Source: Bacteroidales bacterium
Lineage (GTDB): Bacteria; Bacteroidota; Bacteroidia; Bacteroidales; VadinHA17
Direction of reading: 5' to 3'
Assembly (NCBI GenBank): GCA_016715075.1
Contig: JADKBK010000005.1
Location: forward strand, 20,541-84,540
DNA length: 64,000 nucleotides
A program made the translations under genes and the position numbers. Numbering within the stretch: the stretch's first letter is position 1; every line of letters starts with the position of its first letter. The notes beneath the pieces are model-generated. The model made no database searches and was not told the origin of the DNA. It worked only from the letters and a program-made list of their open reading frames with translations. Of this stretch, positions 54,542 through 64,000 are shown piece after piece.

Positions 54542-55855
54542 ATGAAAAAGACATTTAACAGACTTTATATGAGTCTTCTTATAATTTTGATCTGCAATAT
54601 CATGTCGGGTCAGCAGGCGAATAATAATGGTTCTGCCGGTGGGAAGCAGTTCCGGGCATCTGTAGTTAAGATAAATATAACCCCCGGTAATTCTCAGAAT
54701 CTCCTTGGTTACAGCGCCAGAAAGTCCACCGGAGTTCATGACTCTATTTATCATAGAATTGTAGCCCTTGATGATGGCACAAATCAGTTTTTTCTTGTTT
54801 CGACGGAAATTTGCATTATCTCGCCAACCGAGTATGACAAGGTAGCTGCAGAGATAAACAGACAGCTTGGTATCAGCCCGATGAATCTATGGTGGACTGC
54901 AACCCATACACATTCTGCTCCGGAGTGTGGAAAGGCGGGACTGGATAAGGTTTTCATGGGTGAACGTTATCAGCATGAAGTTGATTCTTTTTATACAGCG
55001 TTTGTTGAGCAAAAGCTGATTGACGGAATAAAGCAAGCTAAGAAACAGCTGGCAGCTGCAAGGCTCGGAGTTGGTTGGGGCTTTTCCCAGGCAAACATTA
55101 ACCGACGGGCTGTGGATATTGACGGAGAAGCCTCTCTCGGGCTCAATCCTGACGGTCCTGTTGACAGAAGAATTGGTCTTCTGAGGATTGAAAAGGAAGA
55201 CGGTACAGTAATGGCTTTGATAGCCAATTACCCTATACATGGTACTGTATTGGGAGGAGAGAACCTTCTGATCAGTGGGGATGCACCCGGAATTGTTTCG
55301 GCTTACGTGGAGGAGAAGATAGGTGCTCCACTGATCTTTATAAATGGCGCTGCAGGAAATCTTGCACCGATATATAGTGTTTATCCAAGTCCTGAATCGG
55401 GGCATCTGGGCGAGTTCCGTGTTTTGCTCGGAGATAAAATCCTTGATGCAAACCGGAAGATTTCTTCCGCAACCAGGGTGGTTTCACTTAGTTCAGGAGC
55501 AATAACTGTTGAAACTCCCAGAAAAGCCGGTCTTGGATGGCCAGCCCATTTTGCAAACTATACCCGGACAACAAATACCGGCGTTAACATGGTAAGGCTT
55601 CCGATTCGCTTCCTTCGGATAAATGACGATATTGCCATCTGGAGTGCACCAGTGGAGTTATTCTGTGAGATCTCAAATGAAATACGTGAACGTTCACCAT
55701 TTCCATATACCTTTTATTTTGGCTATACTAATGGGTGGCTGGGATACCTTTTAACCGCAAAGGAATTTTTAATGTTGTATTATGAAATTAAATGTGATTT
55801 TCACCGGTTTTATTCTGGTTACATTTTTTACAGGTATTTATTCGCAAAAGAGTAA
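54542..55855 (+). CDS. Neutral/alkaline ceramidase N-terminal-domain-like hydrolase, secreted; atypical 3-prime end
   Basis: Signal peptide from ATG 54542 (MKKTFNRLYMSLLIILICNIMSGQ). Blocks KINITPG...LLGYSARKSTGVHDSIYHRIVALDDG and TATHTHSAPE are present. The last ~25 codons overlap the next gene by 74 nt and look unrelated to the family. Confidence 0.55.
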   Translation: MKKTFNRLYMSLLIILICNIMSGQQANNNGSAGGKQFRASVVKINITPGNSQNLLGYSARKSTGVHDSIYHRIVALDDGTNQFFLVSTEICIISPTEYDKVAAEINRQLGISPMNLWWTATHTHSAPECGKAGLDKVFMGERYQHEVDSFYTAFVEQKLIDGIKQAKKQLAAARLGVGWGFSQANINRRAVDIDGEASLGLNPDGPVDRRIGLLRIEKEDGTVMALIANYPIHGTVLGGENLLISGDAPGIVSAYVEEKIGAPLIFINGAAGNLAPIYSVYPSPESGHLGEFRVLLGDKILDANRKISSATRVVSLSSGAITVETPRKAGLGWPAHFANYTRTTNTGVNMVRLPIRFLRINDDIAIWSAPVELFCEISNEIRERSPFPYTFYFGYTNGWLGYLLTAKEFLMLYYEIKCDFHRFYSGYIFYRYLFAKE

Positions 55856-57032
55856 GTCAAATCCGGATAAAAGCAGGGAATATGAAGTAGCAGTTTATTA
55901 TTTCCCGAATTATCATCCTGATAGTATCAATTCAAGGTGGCATGGGAAAGGCTGGACTGAATGGGACGTGGTTAAAGCTGCCAGACCTAGATTTGCAGGT
56001 CATGAACAGCCAAAAGTGCCGGTATGGGGATATTTTAATGAAGCAAACCCTGAATGGGCTGCCAAGGAAATTGACCTCGCTGCTGACAATGGTATTGATT
56101 GTTTTATCTATGATTGGTACTGGTATTCCAACACCGGGCAATATTTGCAGGAGGGATTAGAAGAAGGTTTCCTGAAAGCACCTAATCGCAACAGGTTGAA
56201 ATTTGCGTTAATGTGGGCAAACCATGACTGGTTGAATATTCAGCCGGCCACTTACGACAATAACCGTGTAAAACTTACAGAAGGAGAAGTTTCTCAGGCT
56301 CTTTGGGATACCATCTCTACATATATTGTTGAAAAGTACTTTACGCAACCCAATTATTGGCTGATAGATGGCAAGCCTTATTTTTCAATATATGAAATTA
56401 TTACATTCATAAATGGATTAGGCGGTATTGAGGAAGCCGAAAAAGCAATTCAGCTTCTTGATGCGAAAGCGAAGAAGGCGGGTTTTCCAGGTGTGCATTT
56501 CAATATTATGAGCTGGATGGTAAATGATGAACTGGTCAAGACCATAACTGGACCGGATGCACCCCTGAACGCCAAAGCTATGGTAAAAGCTCTGGCCCCT
56601 GAAAGCGTATCAACCTATTGCTACATACACCATTATACCAACGTAAATAGTGACGGTTTTCCAACTGTCCCCGTGGAAAAAGCATTTGAGTCAGCGAAAG
56701 AGTATTGGAAAGAATTCACTTCGGCATATCCGGATGTTTTATACACTCCGAATGTATCAATGGGGTGGGATGCAAGCCCCCGTTGTATGCAGAGTGATAA
56801 ATTTGAGAAGAAAGATTATCCTTGGACCCCTGTTTTTACCGGAAATACCCCTGCATCATTTCAGAAGCAATTAACTGAGGCTAAATCATTTTTAGACAAG
56901 TATAATCCCCGGCATAAGATTTTGGTTATTAATTCCTGGAATGAATGGACTGAAGGCAGTTATTTACTGCCGGAGAAGAAATACGGAGACGGTTATCTGA
57001 AGGCTATAAAAGCAGTTTTTGGCAAGTATTAG
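55782..57032 (+). CDS. GH99-like / WbsX-family domain protein, secreted
   Basis: Signal peptide. VAVYYFPNYHPDSINSRWHGKGWTEWDVVKAARPRFAGHEQPKVPVWGYFNE, IDCFIYDWYWY and a C-terminal NSWNEWTEGSYL are characteristic of this family. Confidence 0.65.
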   Translation: MKLNVIFTGFILVTFFTGIYSQKSKSNPDKSREYEVAVYYFPNYHPDSINSRWHGKGWTEWDVVKAARPRFAGHEQPKVPVWGYFNEANPEWAAKEIDLAADNGIDCFIYDWYWYSNTGQYLQEGLEEGFLKAPNRNRLKFALMWANHDWLNIQPATYDNNRVKLTEGEVSQALWDTISTYIVEKYFTQPNYWLIDGKPYFSIYEIITFINGLGGIEEAEKAIQLLDAKAKKAGFPGVHFNIMSWMVNDELVKTITGPDAPLNAKAMVKALAPESVSTYCYIHHYTNVNSDGFPTVPVEKAFESAKEYWKEFTSAYPDVLYTPNVSMGWDASPRCMQSDKFEKKDYPWTPVFTGNTPASFQKQLTEAKSFLDKYNPRHKILVINSWNEWTEGSYLLPEKKYGDGYLKAIKAVFGKY

Positions 57033-57068
57033 TATCTATTCCTTTTAAATTTTTAAAAAAGTTACAAA

Positions 57069-58538
57069 ATGAGGGAAAAAAACAGCTGTGAGTTTTACTG
57101 GCTGCTCATGCCTGCTTTGGTGGCAAGTATAATATTTGTTAATGTTCAGTGCCGGAGAGTAAATGGTACTGCCGTATCAGTATATTCATCATCACAGGAT
57201 GGCGACAGGCTGGCAATCAAGGATGATTTGAGATTTACCGCAGAAAAAAAATCCATTCTTCCTGAAATAAATATTGATGATAGCATGCATTTTCAGACAA
57301 TTGACGGCTTCGGCGCATCTTTTAACGAAGCAGGAATGATCTGTCTTAATTCTCTTGATTCTGAAACGCAGAATTCCGTTTTCAAAATGTTATTTGATCC
57401 GGATTCAGGTGCCGGTTACACACTGATGAAATCTCCGATAGCAGCCTGTGATTTCGCCTCTGCAGGTCCATGGTACAGTTACAACGATACACCGGATGAC
57501 ACCCTTATGGAACATTTTACAATTGAAAGAGATCTGGGACCAAATGGTCTGATCACTTTTATCAAAAAGGCATCCGCTTACGGGAAGTTCCAAATCGAAT
57601 CTCCGATGGACTTTGCACCCGATTGGATGTACTATGGGATGCAAAAAAAGGAAGAAAAGAATATCAAACCCCAATACTATGCTGCTTTGGCAGATTATTA
57701 TATCAAATATTTGCAGTCCTATGCCTACAACGGCGTGAGTGTTGACTATCTGGTTCTTTTTAACGAGTCGGTATGTGATACTTGTCCTGATCATGGCTAC
57801 TCGAGCGTTACTTATAAAGAAATGAGAGATATTTTAAAATATTTCCTCATCCCCTGTTTACAAAAAAGCAAGCTGGATACCAGGATTATCCTGGGTGAAA
57901 CCTGTTTCCGTTACAGCGGAATAGAGGCATTTCCTGTAGTATTGGATGATGCTGAAACAAATAAATATATTAATAAGCTTGCCGTTCATGGTTACGACTG
58001 GGACAAGTACAGCTCCCTTACTGATCTGCATGAAAAGTATCCTGACTTTCCAATCTGGATGACAGAGATCTGTTATGTTAAAATGCCTGTATATGAGTTT
58101 TCAGATGGCGAATATTGGGGAAACATGATAATAAATGATTTGAAGAACTATGTTTCGGGCTGGATTTACTGGAACATGATCCTTGATCAGGAAGGCGGTC
58201 CATGGTTAACTTCACCTGAGCACGGAGATCCTGATAACAATCACCAGCATCCTGTGGTTATTATTGACCGGAATACAAAAGAAGTTACTTATACAGGCCT
58301 GTATTACTATCTGGCCCACTTCAGTAAATTCGTCAGACCCGGTGCGCACCGTATTGATTGTACAGGCGGGTCATCGCAGTTTAATTTCGTTGGTTTTCAG
58401 AATAAAGATGGCAGCATTGTACTTAATGTGATTAACAATGGTGATGAAACCGACTGCAAGATATCCTGGAGAAATAAAATGGTAATTCAAAAATTTAAGG
58501 CTCATTCAATAACAACCTTAAAGTGGCAGGGAGTTTAA
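57069..58538 (+). CDS. GH30 glycoside hydrolase (glucosylceramidase / beta-glycosidase family)
   Basis: FQTIDGFGASFNEAG, LVLFNES (acid/base region), IWMTEIC (nucleophile region), and a C-terminal beta-sandwich. Confidence 0.75.
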   Translation: MREKNSCEFYWLLMPALVASIIFVNVQCRRVNGTAVSVYSSSQDGDRLAIKDDLRFTAEKKSILPEINIDDSMHFQTIDGFGASFNEAGMICLNSLDSETQNSVFKMLFDPDSGAGYTLMKSPIAACDFASAGPWYSYNDTPDDTLMEHFTIERDLGPNGLITFIKKASAYGKFQIESPMDFAPDWMYYGMQKKEEKNIKPQYYAALADYYIKYLQSYAYNGVSVDYLVLFNESVCDTCPDHGYSSVTYKEMRDILKYFLIPCLQKSKLDTRIILGETCFRYSGIEAFPVVLDDAETNKYINKLAVHGYDWDKYSSLTDLHEKYPDFPIWMTEICYVKMPVYEFSDGEYWGNMIINDLKNYVSGWIYWNMILDQEGGPWLTSPEHGDPDNNHQHPVVIIDRNTKEVTYTGLYYYLAHFSKFVRPGAHRIDCTGGSSQFNFVGFQNKDGSIVLNVINNGDETDCKISWRNKMVIQKFKAHSITTLKWQGV

Positions 58539-58615
58539 TTGTTAAATCCTGTTTGCAACTCTTATTAATGTGTGACAAATTCCTGAATGGATTCGAGCCG
58601 GTCCAAAAATCAGGT

Positions 58616-59903
58616 CTATTCTCCTCCAATCCTGTAAAGGTATTTTTGTGTTCTCATTATCATTGAGTTCCTTAATATTGCCGGTGTTGCCCATATCCCT
58701 GAATCCATTGTGTTCTGAGAGATAACTTCATATTGACGGCCGGCCTTTAACACAAGCACTTCACCCTTTACTGAAAAAAACCAGATATTACCGTCAATAT
58801 ATACCGGTGAAGCATTATAATGGGCGGTCACACGCCTTGACCATATTTCTTCTCCGGTGCCAGCATCAATACACATCATGATATTTCTGGTTGTGACTGT
58901 ATATATCAGACCATCTTTAATCAGAGGCGAAAGCATCTGGTTATCGGATGTTTCATCTTTCTTCTTCCAGATGATATTTGTACCTGCTATATCACCTGCA
59001 CCATCAGGATTAACTGCCAGCAGATCAGTATACGGTTTGCCATCTTCAGCAACATTAAATCCGGTGTACCAGTATAGTACTCCATTTTCTGTGAATGGCA
59101 TTGCTATTGTGGTTTCAGCTCCATCCACAATTCTCCATATTTCCTTACCGGTAATCGGATCTAAGGCCTGACAAATGGCGGATCCATTGGATATCAGCAT
59201 ATCACGCCCTTTTACGTTTATTATTATCGGAGTAATAAATGCCGGTTTTCCATAAGTCGGCAGGTGTTCATATGGCTCCAGTGGTCTCTCTCTTTTCCAT
59301 ACAACATCTCCCGTACTTTTATTAAGAGCCGTAATATACCTGTTATCTATTCCTTCAAAATGAAGGATGACCAGGTTCTTATAAATTATTGGAGACGAGC
59401 CTGCAGCATGCACCTGGTTGCACTTCAACCCGGTCTGCTTCCATATAACCGATCCGTCTGATGTATTAATACAGGCTGTCCCTATGCTTCCGTAATGAAC
59501 GTACACAAAACCTTTTTCGATACATGGAGTCGGAGTGGCATATGTTTACAGTATGACGCCCTTCTACTTCCTCAGGAGTAAAAACCTTTATATCATAAAT
59601 TATTTTTCCTGATTTATAGTCAGCACAGACTGCATATACTTCTTTACCATCTGCTTTTGCTGTTGTTATCCAAATCTGGTCCTCAAATACTACAGGTGAT
59701 GAATAGCCATTATCATGAATCTCAGTTTTCCACTTTATGGCTGATTCATCCCATTTCAGGGGGATATTACCCTTTTCTGCGATACCGTTCAAATTGGCAC
59801 CTCTGAATCCAGTCCAGTTCTGAGCCAGGCGTTCTGGCTGCTTACATCCAAAAAGTGAGGCAATAAAGAAAAGAGTGAGCAGGGGGCGAGTGTTGGAGTT
59901 CAT
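58616..59903 (-). pseudogene. PQQ-like beta-propeller repeat lipoprotein, split by a 1-nt frameshift near 59543
   Basis: ORFs 59466..59903 (lipobox LFGC, NWTGFRGANLNG...) and 58616..59506 overlap. Deleting the single base at 59543 gives ...GRHTVNYATPTPCIEKGFVYVHYGSIGTACI..., a continuous propeller sequence. Confidence 0.7.
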
Positions 59904-60087
59904 ATAATTCTTCGGTTTTATCCAGTAAAGGCGAATATATAAAATTTGGGTAAACCTTTATTAATCAAATCAAATATAGCTCAAATAACAGTATGAGAAC
60001 TATTATCTTTGTGATAAAGCATACACTTCACAACGTAACGTTGGAGAATTCGAAGAAAGCTGTGAAGAGGAATATAATACAAATGAT

Positions 60088-61368
60088 ATGGAATTACTTG
60101 TTGTCGGGATACTGATTTTACTTAATGGTTTTTTTGCACTCTCCGAAATTGCTCTTATATCAAGTAAGAAGTCAAGACTTGAACAGATGAAGATCGACAG
60201 GAAACGGGGTGCCAAAACTGCTTTGAAACTACTCGAAAAATCAGAGAATTTTCTTTCAGCGGTTCAGGTTGGGATAACTTTGATAGGGATTGTAACAGGT
60301 GTATATGGAGGATTGAATATTGCTGAAGATATAGCCCCTCTCTTTCAAAAAATCGATTTCCTGGAATCCTCAGCTAATGAAATCGCTCTTGGTGTAACGA
60401 TTGTGATAATAACTTATTTTTCAATTGTTTTGGGTGAACTGGTGCCAAAAACAATTGCATTAAGCAATCCTGAGAAAATTGCTGTCAAAATTGCCCCGGT
60501 TATTTTATATTTCAGCAAATTATTCTATCCCTTCGTTAAACTACTATCTCTGTCAACAAATCTGTTTAACAATCTGATCGGGATAGAAAAAAAGACTGAA
60601 CGCTTAACTGAGGCGGAATTAAGGCAGATGATTAAAATTGCTTCTCATCAGGGAGTGATAGAAAAGGAACAAAACCTGATTCATGAAAAAGTATTCTACT
60701 TTGCAGATAAAAAAGCAAAGCATATTATGACTCATCGGGTTGATGTCGAATGGGTAGATTTGAAAGGAACTGAGGAAGATGTAAGATCTGTTGTCCTGGG
60801 ATCACGGCACAGTAAAATAATTTGCTGTAACGATGGACTGGATAATTTTGTCGGAATACTCTCTGTAAAGGATTATCTTTTTGCCTTCAATGCCGGAGAA
60901 GCAATAAAGATTCCTGATTTAATAATTCCTCCCTTAATTGTACCTGAGAATGCCCCGGCCCGAAGAGTTCTGAAACTATTCAGACTGAAGCAATCATATT
61001 TTTGCATAGTGGTGAACGAATATGGCACATTCGAGGGAATAATCACTTTGCATGATATAATGGAAAATTTAATCGGAGAGATGCCTGAGGAAGGAGAATC
61101 AGATGAGCCGGATATTTTTATCAGGAATGATAAATCGGTTTTGGTAAGTGGAGATGCACCGGTTGAAGTACTTGACGGAATAATTGAGGGCTTTGTAATT
61201 GATTTTGGAAAAATCGACTATTCAACAGTAGCCGGATTTGTTTTTGACAGCATTGGGAAAATTCCTCAGGTTGGGGATAAATTTGAGTATTCAGGATATA
61301 CAATTGAAATCGTAGATATTGACGGGAACAGGATCGATAAGGTGCTTGTATATAAAAATAAGGATTAA
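60088..61368 (+). CDS. CNNM/TlyC-family hemolysin-like protein (DUF21 + CBS pair + CorC_HlyC)
   Basis: N-terminal TM DUF21 region (LNGFFALSEIALIS), a CBS region, and the C-terminal transporter-associated block GFVFDSIGKIPQVGDKFEYSGYTIEIVDIDGNRIDKV. Confidence 0.85.
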   Translation: MELLVVGILILLNGFFALSEIALISSKKSRLEQMKIDRKRGAKTALKLLEKSENFLSAVQVGITLIGIVTGVYGGLNIAEDIAPLFQKIDFLESSANEIALGVTIVIITYFSIVLGELVPKTIALSNPEKIAVKIAPVILYFSKLFYPFVKLLSLSTNLFNNLIGIEKKTERLTEAELRQMIKIASHQGVIEKEQNLIHEKVFYFADKKAKHIMTHRVDVEWVDLKGTEEDVRSVVLGSRHSKIICCNDGLDNFVGILSVKDYLFAFNAGEAIKIPDLIIPPLIVPENAPARRVLKLFRLKQSYFCIVVNEYGTFEGIITLHDIMENLIGEMPEEGESDEPDIFIRNDKSVLVSGDAPVEVLDGIIEGFVIDFGKIDYSTVAGFVFDSIGKIPQVGDKFEYSGYTIEIVDIDGNRIDKVLVYKNKD

Positions 61369-61736
61369 AAAACAGTTATCATTTCTTATTTTCACATAAA
61401 TGGGAATATGACCTTTGGAAGAAATATTTCTGAACTCTATCTTTGGCATTCATTTTGACAATTATTTATGAATAATATTTCTTGGTAATTATTCAGATTT
61501 GTTAAAGGTTGAATTAAAAAATCTGGCAGTGAGAACATTTTATCGGATTAATTCAATTAAATTGGAAAGATATTATCGGAATAAAAACAGAGCAAAAGCC
61601 TAACGTCAGTGGTTACATGAAAATGAATGCAATTAAATCTCTGCTTTTTTTGAAATTGAGATCCGGTTACCCGGACCGGGATGGCAATATTCTTTTTTCG
61701 AAAGAACCAGTGGCTAAATAAAAGAATGACACTAAT

Positions 61737-62132
61737 ATGAATAAGGTTATATTATTGGCATTAATGTGTTTAGTCATTTCATGCGGTACATCGAAAAAAT
61801 CCTCTCCTTTTCCTAAAGAAGATGAATTATACAGCACAAGAAAATATATCGGTGATTTTCTGGATTATCGCCACACCGGACCAGAGGTAGTTGGAGGCAA
61901 AGATCTTATCTGGATTAAAACTACGATTTACAGCACTTTTGGCAGGATATCTGCATACGGTAAGACATGTGAATTTGCTATCGGTGATAAAATTTATTTA
62001 AAGTCGACCTCCGCCTCCCCTGGAAATTATGGATACTGGGAATATCAGATTGAGAATGATTATTTGGTTACTTACAAGGTAAGCGAATTTAAATTCGAAA
62101 ATAACGTTTTTAAGCGGTCAAGGTCTTTCTGA
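61737..62132 (+). CDS. Small lipoprotein of unknown function
   Basis: MNKVILLALMCLVISC lipobox. 131 aa. Confidence 0.45.
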   Translation: MNKVILLALMCLVISCGTSKKSSPFPKEDELYSTRKYIGDFLDYRHTGPEVVGGKDLIWIKTTIYSTFGRISAYGKTCEFAIGDKIYLKSTSASPGNYGYWEYQIENDYLVTYKVSEFKFENNVFKRSRSF

Positions 62133-62263
62133 TTAACGCTTAAAATCAGTAATTGCCATACTGGCTATGATGTTTATTTTGCCATGTCTCACTTACACTC
62201 ACCCTCACTCGGTCTTTTGTCCCTCTTCCTCAAAAATGTCTATATTTGCGGTTTTTATAAAAG

Positions 62264-63586
62264 GTGGATATAACTGAGAGGCTTACAAGCCGGACGATTT
62301 TTCGTTTCTGGAGTCCGCTTGCACTTACCTGGCTGATGATGGCACTTGAGCAGCCGATCCTCATCGCATTTATCGCCCGGTTGAATGATGCAAAATTCAA
62401 TCTTGCTGCCTTTGGCATCGCAGGATCGTTCGCCATGATCATTGAATCTCCCATAATAATGCTGATGAGCGCTTCCACAGCCCTTGTCACAGGACGACAC
62501 TCCTATAAGAAGCTGAAAAAATTTACCGATATTCTGAACGCGGTAATCACTACTATGCAGATTATTATGCTGATTCCTCCGGTATTCAGATTTATTGTTA
62601 TCGGTCTCATGGAAGTGCCTGAGGATATTGCCAGACTTGCCCATATTGCCCTTCTTGTTTTTCTTCCCTGGGCTGCGTCAATTGGATACAGGCGGTTCTA
62701 CCAGGGCATCCTTATCAGGAATAATCTTACAAGACGTGTAACCTATGGGACACTCGTGAGGCTGTCTGTAATTGTGATAACAGGATTGCTTCTTTATACT
62801 GCAGGGGTGAAAGGAGCATACGTAGGAGCCGGAGCAATGTCACTGGCAGTCTTATGTGAAGCGATAGCCACCAGGCTTATGGTTTCAAAAACCCTTAAGA
62901 CACTGCTTCTTAAGGAAGATAAGGAGAATGGAAATCTTAAATTAAGATCAATTGCAAGGTTCTATTATCCTCTCGCTCTGACCTCAGTATTATCTCTGGG
63001 TGTTCATCCCTTTGTTACATTTTTCCTTGGCAGGAGCTATATGGCTGTGGAGTCGCTGGCTGTCCTTCCTGTTGTGAGTTCGCTGGTATTTATTTTCAGA
63101 AGCCTGGGATTATCATATCAGGAGGCGAATATTGCACTGATAGGAAAGGAAAAGCAGAATTACTGGATTTTAAGAGATTTTGCAGTATACCTTGGTTTGC
63201 TGGTTACTGTTATGATTACAGTGCTGGCTTTCACCCCTCTTGCTGATTTCTGGTTTATAAACATCTCCGGCCTGAGTAAAGAGCTTGCCGATTTGTCATA
63301 TCTTCCGTTAAAAATAATGATCCTCCTGCCGGCGCTTACCGTGTATCTTAACTTCCAGAGATCGTGTCTTATAATAAACGGTAACACAGGCCCGATGTCA
63401 ATCTCAACAGCAATTGAGCTTATCAGTATTATTGCGGTTTTACTTGTGTGTGTGGTATTTCTGAACCTTGTCGGTGTGGTCGCTGCTTCTATTGCTTATG
63501 TTGCAGGTAAAGGCATATCGAACATTTACCTTGCAAAAAAACAGGTGGATGTAGTAGATGGATGGAATTTGAAAAAACAGGTGTAA
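62264..63586 (+). CDS. MATE/MOP-superfamily-like polytopic membrane transporter
   Basis: GTG start. About 12 hydrophobic segments. The N-terminal FWSPLALTWLMMALEQPIL block resembles MATE-like families. Weak family call. Confidence 0.45.
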   Translation: MDITERLTSRTIFRFWSPLALTWLMMALEQPILIAFIARLNDAKFNLAAFGIAGSFAMIIESPIIMLMSASTALVTGRHSYKKLKKFTDILNAVITTMQIIMLIPPVFRFIVIGLMEVPEDIARLAHIALLVFLPWAASIGYRRFYQGILIRNNLTRRVTYGTLVRLSVIVITGLLLYTAGVKGAYVGAGAMSLAVLCEAIATRLMVSKTLKTLLLKEDKENGNLKLRSIARFYYPLALTSVLSLGVHPFVTFFLGRSYMAVESLAVLPVVSSLVFIFRSLGLSYQEANIALIGKEKQNYWILRDFAVYLGLLVTVMITVLAFTPLADFWFINISGLSKELADLSYLPLKIMILLPALTVYLNFQRSCLIINGNTGPMSISTAIELISIIAVLLVCVVFLNLVGVVAASIAYVAGKGISNIYLAKKQVDVVDGWNLKKQV

Positions 63587-63648
63587 TATCCAGTCCTTCT
63601 TTTCATCCAGTCTCTGACTATCACTCTTTATGGCCATGAAGGGAAGAT

Positions 63649-64000
63649 CTATATTTTAAATCTTACAAGTAACTGAAATGAATGATGGATCTCTTTGGTA
63701 TCCACAGAAAATAAAGTAGCTCCGGAATCGAGCAAGACTTTTTTTGTATATGAGGCACGTCCCTGATTATATCTTAACCCTATATCTATATTTTTAATAA
63801 TGTTATAATTAATACCTATCAGTCCGGATATCTCTGTTTTATTTCCGGATACCGGAATATCGAATGAATTGCTTTTATGTTTATACTTCTCTTTCACCAG
63901 GTAACTGATCCCTGGTCCGGCTGATACAAATAACCTTTTTGATATATAGAAATCAATCAGAATGGGCAATTCGATATAGTTGAACTGGAATTTACCCTCG
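63649..64000 (-). CDS. Outer-membrane beta-barrel (porin-family) protein, N-terminus outside the window
   Basis: The frame stays open to base 64000 (EGKFQFNYIELPILIDFY...). It has an alternating beta-strand pattern and a terminal aromatic (LLVRFKI). Confidence 0.5.
   Translation of the reverse strand, partial: EGKFQFNYIELPILIDFYISKRLFVSAGPGISYLVKEKYKHKSNSFDIPVSGNKTEISGLIGINYNIIKNIDIGLRYNQGRASYTKKVLLDSGATLFSVDTKEIHHSFQLLVRFKI

Noticed and set aside
61369-61736. The 368-nt non-coding gap as a riboswitch or structured ncRNA.
   Set aside because: I could not recognise any known riboswitch core. The gap contains two tail modules of the dispersed repeat family (61606-61624, 61707-61727), which probably explain its length. 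An sRNA cannot be excluded without expression data.
1-64000. The whole island as a prophage, ICE or transposon-borne accessory region.
   Set aside because: I recognised no integrase, transposase, relaxase, phage structural gene or tRNA attachment site anywhere in the window.

Overview
This 64-kb segment looks like a Bacteroidota chromosome. It has a SusC/SusD pair, an ECF sigma / FecR anti-sigma pair feeding an STN-domain TonB receptor, and many lipoprotein and twin-arginine signal peptides. All family calls come from reading motifs by eye; no BLAST or HMM search was possible.

The window is mostly a glycan-catabolism island:
- Bases 1-24189 are one plus-strand gene string: three paralogous GH38-like alpha-mannosidases, an AGE-family epimerase/isomerase, three URO-D/MtaA-like paralogues, an MFS sugar porter, a GH36-like protein, a 991-aa GH123/DUF4091-like protein, DUF1080, a DUF5009/HGSNAT-like membrane protein and a GH5-like protein.
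- ECF sigma, anti-sigma, SusC and SusD follow at 24274-31636.
- Next come two orphan proteins, a TAT-exported FAD oxidoreductase translationally coupled to a NapH-like polyferredoxin, DUF4838, a TAT-signal aldo/keto reductase and GH97.
- A block of small minus-strand genes follows, then a sigma-54 response regulator divergent from an LruC-domain protein.
- A second CAZyme string closes the window: GH29, CDF transporter, ceramidase-like, GH99-like/WbsX and GH30.

I recognised no rRNA, tRNA, CRISPR array, integrase or transposase.

The most unusual signal is non-coding. A dispersed family of intergenic elements is built from arrays of 7-10-nt boxes arranged as facing inverted arms, with conserved tail modules. 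Two copies carry a small passenger gene in the loop: a four-helix-bundle protein and a decayed GxxExxY protein. Two of the simple arrays sit exactly where URO-D-like genes are truncated.

Other candidates for undescribed biology:
- the URO-D/MtaA-like trio inside a mannoside locus
- the periplasmic FAD enzyme plus NapH-like pair
- the DUF1080 / HGSNAT-like coupled pair
- the sigma-54 / LruC pair

Three genes carry single-base frameshifts. These may be real pseudogenes or assembly errors.
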